Positions 1-12,000 of a DNA stretch of 64,000 nt are shown here, piece by piece. Under the pieces are notes generated by a model that saw only the letters and a list, made by a program, of their open reading frames with translations, did no database searches and had not been told where the DNA came from. This stretch comes from a virus. The position numbers and the translations under genes were made by a program. The stretch is from positions 64,001 through 128,000 of IMG/VR virus record IMGVR_UViG_3300013005_003552. The stretch is one strand, 5' to 3'. Numbering within the stretch: the first letter of the stretch is position 1; every line of letters starts with the position of its first letter.

Positions 1-3000
1 ACTGGCAATGTAAATGCAGGCAATCTCAATATTACCGGCAACTTGTTCAGCACCGGAACTGGTAGCTATGTACATGCAGACATTGGTGACTTCAGTACTC
101 TGAATGGTCTATTGTACATCAACTCACAGCCTTACATTACATCAGTTGGTATACTGACAGAACTGCGTGTAAACGGCCCAGTTGAAATATCAGGATCACA
201 ATTTGTTGCACAAGATTTTTATGTAACAGGCAATTTGTTTGTTAATGGTAATACCACCACAGTCAGTGCTGGAAATGTTACCACATCAGATCTAGATTTA
301 ACCTTGGCCAATGGCGCAGTGAGTGCCACTGCTGCCCGAGGATCAGGTATTTTAATTGGGCAAGGCGGAGCATTTGGTAATCTTACCATATATGATGGTG
401 TGTGGACTACTCCAAATGCATTTGCAATTGCAGGCAATGTCAACGCAGGCAATGTCACAGCCACCCAAGGTACATTTAACATAGTTGCAGGTACTCTGCA
501 AACTGCTGCACAACCTAACATAACCAGTGTGGGAGTATTAAATTCTGTAACAACCTCAGGTGCAATTCTTGGCGCCAATATTGATGTTGTTGGAACTACT
601 ACTCTTGACCTAAACGCTACCAATGCCAATCTTGGTGTGGTAAGATCTGCATCACATGTTTTTGCACAAGGCAATGTGCTTGGCACCGTTGGAGAATTCA
701 CTGGCCTAGTGGGTAGTTTACGAACCTCTCTGCAACCAAATATTACACAAATTGGCACACTAGCCAACCTAACCATAACAGGAAACTTAAACACAGGTAA
801 TGTAAGTGCTGTCACTGGTGCATTTACCGGCCTGGTAGGCACTCTGCTGACACCTGTACAAACTAATATTACATCTGTTGGTACGCTAGGCAATCTTAAT
901 GTTGCAGGCACAATTACTGCAAATGCGTTTGCTTTTGCTAGCATTGATGCTTCATTTACAATTAGTAACCTTGTTGTAACAGATTTTGGTACTATTAACA
1001 CGCTTATTGGTAACTCTGCAACATTTGGCAACATCACTGGTACCTTATTGACCAACAGTCAGCCCAATATTACCTCTGTTGGTACACTTGATGCATTGTC
1101 TGTGACTGGCAATGTCAGCACAGGTAATGTAAGCGGTGCCACTGGTACTTTCACTGATGTCACGGTGAGTGATGCATTGGCTGTATTGGGCAATGCCGCT
1201 GTTGGAAATATAACTGCCAGCACTGGAACATTTACAAATGTAGTTGGCACACTGTTAACTAATTCTCAGCCGTTCATAACTGAGATAGGCACACTACCGA
1301 GTTTAACGGTAACCGGAAATATCAGTTCAGGAAACATCAGTGGCAACACAGGATCATTTGCCAATGTAACTACAGTACAACTCAATGCAGACCAAGCTAC
1401 ATTTACTGCGAATGTTAGCACAGGTAATGTGAGTGGCAGCACAGGAACATTTTCAAATATAGTTGGTACACTAGTAACCACAGCTCAGACCAACATTACA
1501 TCAATTGGAAATCTAAGTTCATTGATTGTTACCGGAAATGTAACCAGTGCCAATATTTCAACATTCAAAGGTTCATTCTCACAAGTTGAAGGAACGCTGC
1601 TTACCAATGCACAACCATTCATAACCAGTGTTGGCACTTTGGGTAACCTTACTGTAAGTGGGTTGATAACTGGTAATATAAGTGCAACTCTATTCCAAAA
1701 CGGTTTCTTGACTCAGGCAATTCAACCAAATATCACGCAAGTGGGTCAGTTAAGCAGTCTTACCAGCGCAGGCAATATCACTACATTTGGCTGGGTGATA
1801 AGCCCAATTGTAAAAACAACCAGCATCGAAGGCAGTGTTGTAACACCAAGTCAAACGGCAATTACCACCGTTGGTAATTTGACTAGTTTAGAGGTAGCAA
1901 GCAATATTTCCACCATTGGTAATGTTATAAGCTCTGCAACTGTTTATGCTCAAGATGTTGTGGTTGGCAACAATATCAGTGCAAATAGTATCACTGTAGC
2001 AGCAGGCAACATTGTGGTTAGCAACGCCATTGTCAATAACAGCATCACTGTCGCTGGTAATGTGCTAGCAGGCAACATCAATGCCAATTCTACATTGACC
2101 ACAACCAATTTGACTGTGAATGGTGTTGGTGTAATTGTTGGCAATACATCAATTGGTAATCTAGAAATCAACAACAACCTTGTGGTGTCAAACGGCAATG
2201 TTGTTGCGCTTGCTGCAAACTTATTTGTTAGTGCAGCTAATATCACTTCTAACCTAACTGCTAATGTTGTTCGCATTACTAGCACTACTGACAGTTTTTC
2301 TCCTCTAGAAGGTGCATTACTTGTGGCCGGTGGTGTTGGTATTGGCGCTAACATTGCAGTGTTAGGCAATGTTATTTCTAATGAAAGCGGTTACTTTGCA
2401 AGCAATTTGTTTACATTTGGAAATGCTCATATAGGTGGAGACATCTATTTCAACAGCTCTCAAACCAGTGTAGACTTCAAGAGCAATGTTGGTAATATCA
2501 GTCTTTTCTCTAGTAATGTAACAGTGATTGAGATTGGTGGTGAAGCAACCACGGTCAACATAGGTGCATTAAGCGGATTTGGTAACACCACAATTCGAAA
2601 TGATCTGACTGTAAATGGCGGATTGTTCCTGACAGGTGGTTGGGGCGAAGTTGGAATTGGTAATGTTTACATCAACCACGATTTAACAGTTGCTAATGAT
2701 TTGTTTGCAAACAGTCTATTGGCCAATGGCAGCATAACAGCCAATGGCAGCGGGACATTCAATGGCAGCATAACAGCCAATGGAGATATTACAGGCACAG
2801 GTAATATCACAGCCAATGGAAGTTTAACTGGTATAACCAGTATTACTGCATTGAGCGCAAGCATTGCCAACAGTGTGGTAATTGGCGATAGGTTAGTGTT
2901 AGGCAACACATTTGCCAATGCTCACACAATTGGTAATGCAAACATAAACAGTGGTGCTTTACAAGTTCGTGGCGGCGCCAGTTTCCAAAGTAATGTTATC

Positions 3001-4590
3001 ATTGGCAAGGCAGTATGGGACACCGATCCTGTTCGCAGCACTAGATCAGAATGGGCTGGGTTGGCTAGCAATGCCAATGTGTATATCAACAGTACAACTC
3101 CAACCTTTAACTCCAACACTGGTGCTCTGCGTGTGTTAGGCGGCATTAGCACTGCTGGTAATCTTTGGGTCAATGGTGATGCTACTATTGTTGGTAATGT
3201 TAACTTTACAGCATTCTTGGCAGCATCTATTAACAACACTCCGATTGGTAATGCAACACCAAGTTCTGGTGTGTTTACTACCATCGGAATGGGCAATGTC
3301 AGACCTGCCAAACGACCAACTATGAATTTTGACTTTGGTAATAGTTCAGAATTACCAATGATATTAACTTTCAGCAGAACTAGCACAGCTACCTACTTTA
3401 CAAAAACTGGTATATTGAAACTAGCATTTGCCGAAGAACCAAGATTTACACATGACCCAAGCAACCTTACGCCCATGGGGATCATGATTGAAGAAAGCCG
3501 ACAGAACCTGCTGCGCGAAAGCAACAGTTTTGCCAATAGCACTGTGTATTTTACTCTTAACGGCAATGTAGACACTGTGAGCAATGCAACAACCAGTCCT
3601 GATAGTTTATACAACGCATTCAAGATCACTGGCGATACCAGCAACAGCATACACGGTATCTATCAAGATGCCACATATCACCCCACATTAGGCATTGGGC
3701 AAGAGGTTGTTGCCAGTGCATTTGTCAAGGCAGCTGAACTAGACCAAGCTACATTAATTTTTGAGAACGAAGGTTCTCCAACAATATTTGATTTGACCAA
3801 TGGCACCGTAGACACCGAAGGCCCAAGTTATAGAAGCAGTATTCAAACTCTAGCCAATGGTTGGTATAGAATTCAAAGCACAGTGACCAAGACCAATACC
3901 AGCGGCAATATATTGCTGGCGCTGGCAGACAGTGGATCTGAACAGTTTTGGGCCAATGGACAAGGCATTTATGGATTTGGATTGCAAATGGAACTTGGTG
4001 ATTTTGCAACCAGTTATGTTCCGACTACCACGGTGGCCAATACAAGAAGTGCAGATAGTTTGACTGTGAACAATTTTGATTTTGCTAGACTGTATGATTA
4101 TAGTGCCAGCACTGTGTTTGTCGATGCAGCACTAGACTACCGTCCAACCACTGCTGTAAATAACAATCGTCGCAGTACATTTGTAAGTTTTAACGATGGT
4201 ACTGTAAACAATAGAATAACAGTGTTGGCAGAAAACAAAAATGCACCAGTGGATCGCACAGCCAATTTAATAATTTACTCCGGTGGTGTGTTGCAAACCA
4301 ACACAAGTATATTGACCGCAAATGTGGCAACTGCTAACCTTAATACTGGCACAGACAAAATAGCGGTTTATTTCAAGAAAAACATGATAGGCCGAGCGTT
4401 CAACAACATTGCCAATGTTTTTGTAACCACCGGCAATATTCCTCAATCAGTTTCGCGTATTGAATTTGGTACAGGCCCAGGAACTGATTCATTGAACGGC
4501 ACAATTCGTAAGATACAGATTTATCCTGGCATCGTTGACGGCAACGAATTACGCACACTATCCATCAACAAGTCAGAAGGAACATTCTAA
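1..4590 (+). CDS. Giant virion fibre/tail protein, 5'-partial (frame open from base 1), with repeated QPNIT-VG-L shaft motifs and a C-terminal spike/lectin-like domain
   Basis: Frame 1 reads TGNVNAGNLNITGNL from base 1 with no stop. G/T/N/V-rich with repeats GTLxTxxQPNITxVGxL. The C-terminal segment FSRTSTATYF...EPRF...GIMIEESRQNLL is typical of phage fibre/spike ends. Confidence 0.8.
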   Translation, partial: TGNVNAGNLNITGNLFSTGTGSYVHADIGDFSTLNGLLYINSQPYITSVGILTELRVNGPVEISGSQFVAQDFYVTGNLFVNGNTTTVSAGNVTTSDLDLTLANGAVSATAARGSGILIGQGGAFGNLTIYDGVWTTPNAFAIAGNVNAGNVTATQGTFNIVAGTLQTAAQPNITSVGVLNSVTTSGAILGANIDVVGTTTLDLNATNANLGVVRSASHVFAQGNVLGTVGEFTGLVGSLRTSLQPNITQIGTLANLTITGNLNTGNVSAVTGAFTGLVGTLLTPVQTNITSVGTLGNLNVAGTITANAFAFASIDASFTISNLVVTDFGTINTLIGNSATFGNITGTLLTNSQPNITSVGTLDALSVTGNVSTGNVSGATGTFTDVTVSDALAVLGNAAVGNITASTGTFTNVVGTLLTNSQPFITEIGTLPSLTVTGNISSGNISGNTGSFANVTTVQLNADQATFTANVSTGNVSGSTGTFSNIVGTLVTTAQTNITSIGNLSSLIVTGNVTSANISTFKGSFSQVEGTLLTNAQPFITSVGTLGNLTVSGLITGNISATLFQNGFLTQAIQPNITQVGQLSSLTSAGNITTFGWVISPIVKTTSIEGSVVTPSQTAITTVGNLTSLEVASNISTIGNVISSATVYAQDVVVGNNISANSITVAAGNIVVSNAIVNNSITVAGNVLAGNINANSTLTTTNLTVNGVGVIVGNTSIGNLEINNNLVVSNGNVVALAANLFVSAANITSNLTANVVRITSTTDSFSPLEGALLVAGGVGIGANIAVLGNVISNESGYFASNLFTFGNAHIGGDIYFNSSQTSVDFKSNVGNISLFSSNVTVIEIGGEATTVNIGALSGFGNTTIRNDLTVNGGLFLTGGWGEVGIGNVYINHDLTVANDLFANSLLANGSITANGSGTFNGSITANGDITGTGNITANGSLTGITSITALSASIANSVVIGDRLVLGNTFANAHTIGNANINSGALQVRGGASFQSNVIIGKAVWDTDPVRSTRSEWAGLASNANVYINSTTPTFNSNTGALRVLGGISTAGNLWVNGDATIVGNVNFTAFLAASINNTPIGNATPSSGVFTTIGMGNVRPAKRPTMNFDFGNSSELPMILTFSRTSTATYFTKTGILKLAFAEEPRFTHDPSNLTPMGIMIEESRQNLLRESNSFANSTVYFTLNGNVDTVSNATTSPDSLYNAFKITGDTSNSIHGIYQDATYHPTLGIGQEVVASAFVKAAELDQATLIFENEGSPTIFDLTNGTVDTEGPSYRSSIQTLANGWYRIQSTVTKTNTSGNILLALADSGSEQFWANGQGIYGFGLQMELGDFATSYVPTTTVANTRSADSLTVNNFDFARLYDYSASTVFVDAALDYRPTTAVNNNRRSTFVSFNDGTVNNRITVLAENKNAPVDRTANLIIYSGGVLQTNTSILTANVATANLNTGTDKIAVYFKKNMIGRAFNNIANVFVTTGNIPQSVSRIEFGTGPGTDSLNGTIRKIQIYPGIVDGNELRTLSINKSEGTF

Positions 4591-5000
4591 TGGCAATCAA
4601 TATCATAGGTAACGCCCCAAACCAGATCCCAACAAATGCAGATTTGGGTTCTTTGGCATTTGAAGATCATGATCCATATGTTGATAACCGTAGTGTCCGA
4701 CGAACCGTGGCTGCTGCAACAACTACTGTGCTTGATCGTTTTTCCGTAGACAGATTTAGAACTGTAAAATATGTTGTACAGGCAACTTACAGCACATTTG
4801 TATTTGCCAGTGAAATCCTGCTTACTCATGACAGCAACTCTGTGTATTACACCGAATATGCTAGACTGAGTAATCAACCCAGTCTTTTGCTGGCAACTTT
4901 TGACGCAGTTATTGTGGGCACACAGGTTAACTTTAGATTCACTAACAATGTTGGCACCAATGTGGAAATCACTGTTACCAGAGCTGCATTTACAAGTTGA
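4590..5000 (+). CDS. Small virion structural protein (fibre-associated)
   Basis: Overlaps the upstream stop (TAATG). Begins GNAPNQIPTNADLGSLAF and carries a beta-rich FRTVKYVVQAT...SEILLTHD...YTEYA module typical of large-myovirus structural proteins. Confidence 0.65.
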   Translation: MAINIIGNAPNQIPTNADLGSLAFEDHDPYVDNRSVRRTVAAATTTVLDRFSVDRFRTVKYVVQATYSTFVFASEILLTHDSNSVYYTEYARLSNQPSLLLATFDAVIVGTQVNFRFTNNVGTNVEITVTRAAFTS

Positions 5001-5014
5001 CCAGAGTCGCACGA

Positions 5015-5021
5015 ATAAATA
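5015..5021 (+). promoter_or_regulatory. T4-like late promoter (ATAAATA)
   Basis: ATAAATA in the short intergenic gap before the 5040 ORF. The same motif recurs in many gaps. Confidence 0.6.
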
Positions 5022-5039
5022 TGACAAATAGGATTACAA

Positions 5040-5924
5040 ATGGCAATTTCTGAAATTAATGTTGGCGCAATACCCAATGATGGCACCGGGGATAGTATTC
5101 GCGATGCTTTCATCAAGGCCAACGATAACTTCACATTTTTAGATGAAGCTAGACAAAATTTAGTCACTGGTAATCTCACGGCGTCAGGAAACATTTCACT
5201 CACAGCAGTGCAACCCAGTTATCTCAGTGGTACTTTTTTCCTAAATGGTGTGCAGATAGCCACAGTGGGGACATTGTTCTCTGGTGGTGCTGTTGCCAAC
5301 CCAACCACATTTCAATCCACCACACCCAGCTCCAGTAATATTACAGGTGCAGTGGTAATTGCCGGCGGCCTGGGCGTTGGCGGTTCTGCCTATACCAGTG
5401 AGCTGTTTGCAAGAAGCTTTACCAGCGAAACCAGCATTGCCGGTGCTACACTTACCATTGGTGGTTTAACTCAGTTGCAAGCTGGTGTAGAAACCGGCAA
5501 TGTCACTACCACAGGATTCAACACCACCAGCGGCAATATCACAGGTGCAAATGTTGCAGGCTTCAAAGGATCATATACACAGCTTACTGGCACACTGTTG
5601 ACCAATGCTCAACCTCATGTGACCAGTGTTGGTAGTTTGACCACACTCAGTGTGGTTGGAAATATTACAGCGTCTAACCTTACGCTCACCTGGGGAAACT
5701 TAACGGCTGCTAATGCGTCGTTGTCTGGCAAATTAACCACAGCTAATCTCTTGGTAACTGCCAACACAACAATTCAGGCTAATCTCACAGCAGGAAATGT
5801 TATCTCAGGTATAGGCACATTTGGTAACTTGACGGTGACAACGATTCCTACACCAAAAAGCGTAACTACCAAAGAATATGTAACGGCAACCGTAGTGGGG
5901 TTCGCCATTGGATTAGGATCATAA
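5040..5924 (+). CDS. Baseplate/tail-fibre connector-like protein (T4 gp9/gp10-type N-terminus)
   Basis: N-terminal INVGAIPNDGTGDSIRDAFIKANDNF matches the DGTGD-x-R-xxx-K-x-N-x-NF motif of gp9/gp10-like proteins. It also has one QPHVTSVGSL shaft repeat. Confidence 0.7.
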   Translation: MAISEINVGAIPNDGTGDSIRDAFIKANDNFTFLDEARQNLVTGNLTASGNISLTAVQPSYLSGTFFLNGVQIATVGTLFSGGAVANPTTFQSTTPSSSNITGAVVIAGGLGVGGSAYTSELFARSFTSETSIAGATLTIGGLTQLQAGVETGNVTTTGFNTTSGNITGANVAGFKGSYTQLTGTLLTNAQPHVTSVGSLTTLSVVGNITASNLTLTWGNLTAANASLSGKLTTANLLVTANTTIQANLTAGNVISGIGTFGNLTVTTIPTPKSVTTKEYVTATVVGFAIGLGS

Positions 5925-5940
5925 TCGGAGTAATTTCTAA

Positions 5941-8900
5941 ATGGCAAAAAGACAAGTTCGAAAATATTTATTTGTACCAGGCGGCGTGGGTGCAGGACGC
6001 AGTGGTGGTGACGGGTTCAGCGGTTATATCGCGGTTGAAGGAAAACAGGATCTGTTCAAACTGCTGCTGATCACAAATGTCACTCGTGGAGTAATCTATT
6101 ATAACTTTGCTGACACACAAAACACAGGCGCAACTGTAACCTATAGGCCCGGTGGTATCAAAACCAACGATGCTGACAACACCGTGGTAACTTATGATAA
6201 CATACCTGCAGGCACAGGCACGGTTGGTACTGCATTACTACAAAATGCCATTACACTAGGCGAAACCTATATCTATATAACTGATATTGATACCAGCACA
6301 CACAACCCCAGCGATGAGATTAGTATTTTCATTGAAGAACAATACCAATTGGTACGAACCTGGAATGACTTTGGCACAGACGCCATTGAACGCCAGCGTG
6401 TGGCCAATCCTCAATCACAGATTGACGCTGACTTTGAATATGGTTTACAAGGTACCAAATGGCAAGGCTTTGAAACAGTAAACGCATATCCCAGCGTTTA
6501 TGAATTACCAGGTGCTGAACTGCCAGTTACTGCTGTGGAAACAAATGGTAGCAATCCAAGTTTAGTTACTGTGACATCTGTATTTCATGGACTAGTAGTA
6601 AACGATGCATTTACTTTACAGCAACTGGATGTGAATGCTCCTGGATTCACACGAGGTCAAGGAACTTCACTAGTATACTCTGTTACAGCCAACACGTTTA
6701 CATACTTTGCCAAAGGAGAGATCACTTCGTTCTGGGCAGGTACCAACAACAGTATTATTAGTCCTAGAACAATTGTGCGCAAAGGCGGTTTTTATTCTGG
6801 TGCTGATCTACCTGTTATTCAATTCAACAGCAACGGCGCAACTCCTAGTAGTATCACTATACATTTCAGTTCGCCGCATGGGTTCACGCCCGGTATGCCT
6901 TTAATGATTGGTGCAAATTCAACAGTTAGTGCTGGACAATTTGCTAATTTACCGGGCGGGTATTATGCCAACAGCATACCTACAGCTTATCAAGTAGAAT
7001 TTGCCGCTCGTGGACAAGTTATAACAGGGGGCAATATTGCTCCTGATACAAATACAAACCAGTTTAGAGTGTACACTCGCAATGACGGATTTTTCCTACA
7101 TAGACCAGGTGACGGCGGTGTATTACTTGGAACTGCCAGTGCTGTACATGGTGCGGCTGCAACTCGCCAAAGTAAAAAATATTTCCGATATCAGTCTGGT
7201 AAAGGATTTTTGTACACCACCGGTGTGCTGTTTGCTCCCAACTATGATGTAACAGATGTTCAGTCCAGTGGGGTTGGCATAGGCTCAACAATTACCATTG
7301 AGACTGCGGTACCGCATGGATGTCAAATTGGTGCAGTAATTAGACTACAAGGTATCGCTACCGGTGGTTACAATGCTCAATACACTGTGATTGCAGTGGA
7401 CAGCGATGTACAACTTAAGGTTATTGCGGTGCAATTGCTGGACAGTACTGAGGGCGATTTGAGCAAGGTGCCAAAACTCTATATGTTTAGATGGCATGGC
7501 TCAGTGATTAGAACAGGCCCGCATGATGATGCCAATGGCATGTTCTTGGAATATGACGGAAGTCAATTTAACGCAGTCAAGCGAACAAGCACACTTCAGC
7601 TGGCAGGTACTGCTACCTTTACTGTGGGGTCAAATACCATTTATGGTGCAAATACTCTGTGGGGCCAACAGCTTAAAATTGGCGACCGTGTGGTAATTAA
7701 AGGCATGGTCCACAAAGTAAACTTTATCACCACCGGCACAGAAATTTCAGTGACTCCGGATTTTAGAGGCAGTGTTACTTCAGACGGCAACTACATGTAC
7801 AAGGTGGAAGAAGTTCGAATAAAGCAAGAAGATTTTAATTACGACACTGTGGATGGCAGTGGGTCAAGTGGTTATAAATTTGATCCAAATCACATGCAAA
7901 TGATTGGTATTCAGTTTACATGGTATGGCGCAGGTTTTATGGACTTCATGATTCGTGGCACCGATGCAAACTTTATTATCATGCATCGTATGAAGCAAAA
8001 CAACATTAATGTTACCGCATCCATGCGCAGTGCCAACTTGCCAGTGCGCTATGAGGTTAATAATGAAGGTGCCGCAGGTGTAACTGCACTAAAAACAAGT
8101 GTTTTAGGAGCTTCTATAACAGCTACCATGGCTGTGGAAAATGCAGACTTCTTCCCAGACAGTGGTTTTGTGTACATGAACTATGAATTAATAAAGTATA
8201 ATTCGATTTCTCGTAACGACATACCGTGGCCAACATTGAACAGCCTAACTAGATGTGCCGGTGCCAATGTGTTCTTGGGAGGCGCATATAGAACTATTCA
8301 TGGCCGTCCAGTGCCGCAGAGTCACGGCGAAGGATCCGGCGTTGAGCTGGTTAGTCTAGTAGCAAGTCCAAACATGAGCCACTGGGGTAGTTCATATATC
8401 ATGGATGGCGGGTTTGATCTTGACCGGGGTTATGCGTTCTCATATTCACAAACGCCGACTCCAGTATACAGTAATCTTCAGGCATACTTTGGTATTAGAC
8501 TAGCACCAAGTGCAAGTAATGGATTGACCGGAGATCTAGGAGTAAAAGAACTGCTCAATCGAGCTCAGCTGTTACTGCAAGACATTGATGTTACTGTGGG
8601 CAATGTACAAGTAGCAGTAGGAGCAGGAGATGCACCAGGCCTGGCTAGAGTCCAAACTGGAGCTAACACCAGCATATTAGTTCAGGGTATTCTTAACCCT
8701 GCAAACTACAGCGAAAACGAAACCTGGACATCTTTGAATGCCACAACATATGGTAATCAGCCGAGTTTTACACAAATAGCAACAATTCCAACTTTTGCCC
8801 CTACTACAGGAAATGCAGCGATAGCAGGTGAAAAAATATTTGAATTTGTGTCTAGCCCCGGGCAGTCGAATCAATTGGATTTGAGCGGAATTAAAGAATT

Positions 8901-9051
8901 GACTCAAAGTGCCATTGGTGGGCGCGGTACATTCCCAAATGGATCAGACACACTGTATATTAATATGGCGCTATATCCAACTGATAGCACAGGCGACCGC
9001 ATTATTGGCAATGTAAGTGCAACGCTTCGTTGGAACGAAGCACAGGCCTAA
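5941..9051 (+). CDS. Large virion structural protein (1036 aa)
   Basis: RBS GGAG upstream. Contains RVANPQSQIDADFEYGLQGTKW and RQSKKYFRYQSGKG motifs. Beta-rich and embedded in the structural module. Confidence 0.7.
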   Translation: MAKRQVRKYLFVPGGVGAGRSGGDGFSGYIAVEGKQDLFKLLLITNVTRGVIYYNFADTQNTGATVTYRPGGIKTNDADNTVVTYDNIPAGTGTVGTALLQNAITLGETYIYITDIDTSTHNPSDEISIFIEEQYQLVRTWNDFGTDAIERQRVANPQSQIDADFEYGLQGTKWQGFETVNAYPSVYELPGAELPVTAVETNGSNPSLVTVTSVFHGLVVNDAFTLQQLDVNAPGFTRGQGTSLVYSVTANTFTYFAKGEITSFWAGTNNSIISPRTIVRKGGFYSGADLPVIQFNSNGATPSSITIHFSSPHGFTPGMPLMIGANSTVSAGQFANLPGGYYANSIPTAYQVEFAARGQVITGGNIAPDTNTNQFRVYTRNDGFFLHRPGDGGVLLGTASAVHGAAATRQSKKYFRYQSGKGFLYTTGVLFAPNYDVTDVQSSGVGIGSTITIETAVPHGCQIGAVIRLQGIATGGYNAQYTVIAVDSDVQLKVIAVQLLDSTEGDLSKVPKLYMFRWHGSVIRTGPHDDANGMFLEYDGSQFNAVKRTSTLQLAGTATFTVGSNTIYGANTLWGQQLKIGDRVVIKGMVHKVNFITTGTEISVTPDFRGSVTSDGNYMYKVEEVRIKQEDFNYDTVDGSGSSGYKFDPNHMQMIGIQFTWYGAGFMDFMIRGTDANFIIMHRMKQNNINVTASMRSANLPVRYEVNNEGAAGVTALKTSVLGASITATMAVENADFFPDSGFVYMNYELIKYNSISRNDIPWPTLNSLTRCAGANVFLGGAYRTIHGRPVPQSHGEGSGVELVSLVASPNMSHWGSSYIMDGGFDLDRGYAFSYSQTPTPVYSNLQAYFGIRLAPSASNGLTGDLGVKELLNRAQLLLQDIDVTVGNVQVAVGAGDAPGLARVQTGANTSILVQGILNPANYSENETWTSLNATTYGNQPSFTQIATIPTFAPTTGNAAIAGEKIFEFVSSPGQSNQLDLSGIKELTQSAIGGRGTFPNGSDTLYINMALYPTDSTGDRIIGNVSATLRWNEAQA

Positions 9052-9068
9052 TCCAGTTTTGCAGTTCC

Positions 9069-9075
9069 ATAAATA
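9069..9075 (+). promoter_or_regulatory. T4-like late promoter (ATAAATA)
   Basis: ATAAATA 18 nt upstream of the 9093 ATG. Confidence 0.6.
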
Positions 9076-9092
9076 CATAAAATGGAACAGAC

Positions 9093-12000
9093 ATGGCAAA
9101 ACTACGCTGGATAACACCTGAAGGCAATTTAGGTACCTACGCAGAAAACACAGAAGTAAGTCTGCAACTGGATGTAGAAAATCCAGTTGCACCTGCCCCT
9201 TCTGCAGGCTTTGACCCCAGGGACAGTATCACAGGAAATGGTATTGAAAATGCTGTGCAAACCAGTATCCTAACAGACAAAACCACATGGCGTATTCAAA
9301 CAAATAATCTCACTGGACTGGTCACAGTTGGGGCATTTCCAAATGACAAAAATCTCAACAGAATAGCTGCACAGTCAATCGACTTACTTACCCCTTACCG
9401 AGGCGGCCTAAATCGAGTGGCATTGGTACAAACTCCGGTCAGCACTGGTGTGATTGGTATTAGCGCAGTTGGCATTGTGCTGTTTGCGCCTGCATCTGAA
9501 ACAACAATCACATCATTTGATTCAAATTGGACTGTGAATGCAGTAGCAGCTGGAGTACTAGGAGAAGATGCCAGTGGAGGTCAGCCAGCAGCAAATGGTA
9601 CCTATAACTATCGTACCAGTCAATTTATAAATGCAGATGCTTGGCAAAACTTGCTTGCATGGAAATCAGGATATCGACACACCGACGGTCATAGCAAAAT
9701 ACTAGGATGGGCCATTGATGGTTATCCTATTTACGGTCCGTATGGATATGATAACCCAAGCACCATTGGTGGTGTGGTAAGAATGCGTTCAGGCTATACT
9801 CTTGTTGAAAAATCAGGGCGCCCGTTGCCCGCAAGTGTAAGTGTATTACCAGGCCGGTATCCCGGTACTCAAATTCCAGTAAGCACCACACAAGGATTGT
9901 ATCCTGGTATGGAACTGCGCGGCCCCTGGCCAGCAAAAACCTATAAAATTGTGCGGGTGCTTTCAAATGCAATACAAGTGAACGCAGAAATAAATTATGA
10001 GTTCAGAACTGATACCAGGGTGCAAGGTATCTGGCCATTGGGTATCTTTGTACAAGATTATGAATATACCGCTCCTAGCGGTACAACATTAGATCAAAGC
10101 AATGGAAGATTTTGTGTAACTCCAGAATTTCCCAATGGCACCTATGCCTATTTCATGTCACAAGATTTGGATGATCAGCCAACATTTCCGTACATAGTTG
10201 GAGCCAGATTCTACGGCAGTCTCAGTAGTGACGAAGTTTCCGGTGTGGCAAACATTGAACCTCAAGCAAGCAATTTAACCTATAGTTTGCTCAGTGGACA
10301 ACTTCCTCCAGGACTACAGGTAGTACCAAGCGGTAGAATTTATGGTTTTCCTCAGGTTGTAACCTCCGGCGATCCTGTGGCTAGAGAATTCCGTTTTACT
10401 ATAAGAGTCAAGAATACCGTAAATCAAATTGCCGACAGAACATTTAGCATATTTGTAAATCAGATTGTGCTTCCTACGATTTTGCCAACAGGAGTGCGCG
10501 GCGAAGGAGTTGGTCAAACACGAGGTAACATTAATTTAAGTTTCACCAACAGAGGCAGTGGGTATTTTGCTGCAAATGTAGCTGTAAGTATAAGTGCGCC
10601 CGACCTCCTAGACAGTGAATCGGCTTTGCCGGGCAAAATATTTTTATTTGCCAATGGTGCAATCAAAAGCATTGGGTTGACCAAGGCCGGCACCGGATAT
10701 ACCTCTATTCCTACAATCACATTTAGTGGTGCCAATACAACCACAGCCAGTGCCACCATCGACAATCTTACCAGCTTTGGTATCGAAGATCTAGGGTACT
10801 TCTTTGACAGTGACCCAGTGGTACTTCAAATCAACGCTCTAGAAACCAGCCCAACTGGCAAATTAGAATGGAGTGTGAGTCAAGGCAGATTACCTCCAGG
10901 ACTTGCACTCAGTCAATCAGGGTTGATCAGTGGGTTTGCACTAGCTCCGTCGGCAGCCGGAGAAGCAGGCACTTCAGCATATGATGTTGGCGGTTACGAT
11001 CAATATGTATGGGATTTTGAAGGCGCTGCCGACAGTCGTAGATACCAATTTACCATTCGAATCTATGATGGAATAAATTATTCTTATCAAAGATATTCCA
11101 TTGGAATTTATGCTAGATCATTTTTCTTGGTTGACAATGAATTAATTACTGCTGATAGCACATTATATTCTGTTGATCGAGATGGGTACTTGTATCCAAG
11201 TATTATAACAACCTCGGTTGAGTTGCCGCCTGTACGACAATTGCAAAGTTATGCCTATAGATTTCAGGCCTATTATGCAAATCCAAATGGCCAAGTAAAG
11301 TGGTCAGTTAATGCATCTGGGCCTGCTAGGTTTGATCAAGGTGCCGCACCATCCCCTGACGATCAGGATAATGTGTATACTATTGTTCCATTTGACAACA
11401 AAAGTTTTGATCAATCTGATCTAAGCCTGCCGGGTGGTATTTTTCTTGATCTTAATACTGGCTGGTTACTAGGTACACTAGGTACCAGTACATCATACGA
11501 ATCCACTTATGAATTTATAGTGACAGCTTATGTTGATGTTCCTATTAGTGAATCTGTTACCAGTCGACGCAGTAGTCAGCCTGTTAAATTTACCCTAAAA
11601 GTGCTGAGTGCAGCCCAAGACCTTGTAACTTGGAACACACCAACTAATTTAGATTCCATTGACAACGGTGCTATAAGCACTTTACAAATTGAAGCTACCA
11701 GCAGAAGTAATACTAGTTTGACTTATAGAGTCAAGAGCGGACAATACCTACGAATTCCACAAGGTCTACGACTGTTACCTAATGGACTTATCAGCGGTAG
11801 AACATCATTTGATTTTTTTAGCATAGACAGGAACACTAGTCAAATACAGTTTGATACAGGTACAAATACCTATGATAGTAAATTTACATTCACAGTCATT
11901 GCAGAAGATGTTACAGGACAAATTTACAGTGAAAAAGAATTTTCACTAGTGGTGAAAAATATAAATCAACGACCTTTTGAAAATTTATATCTCAAGGCTT

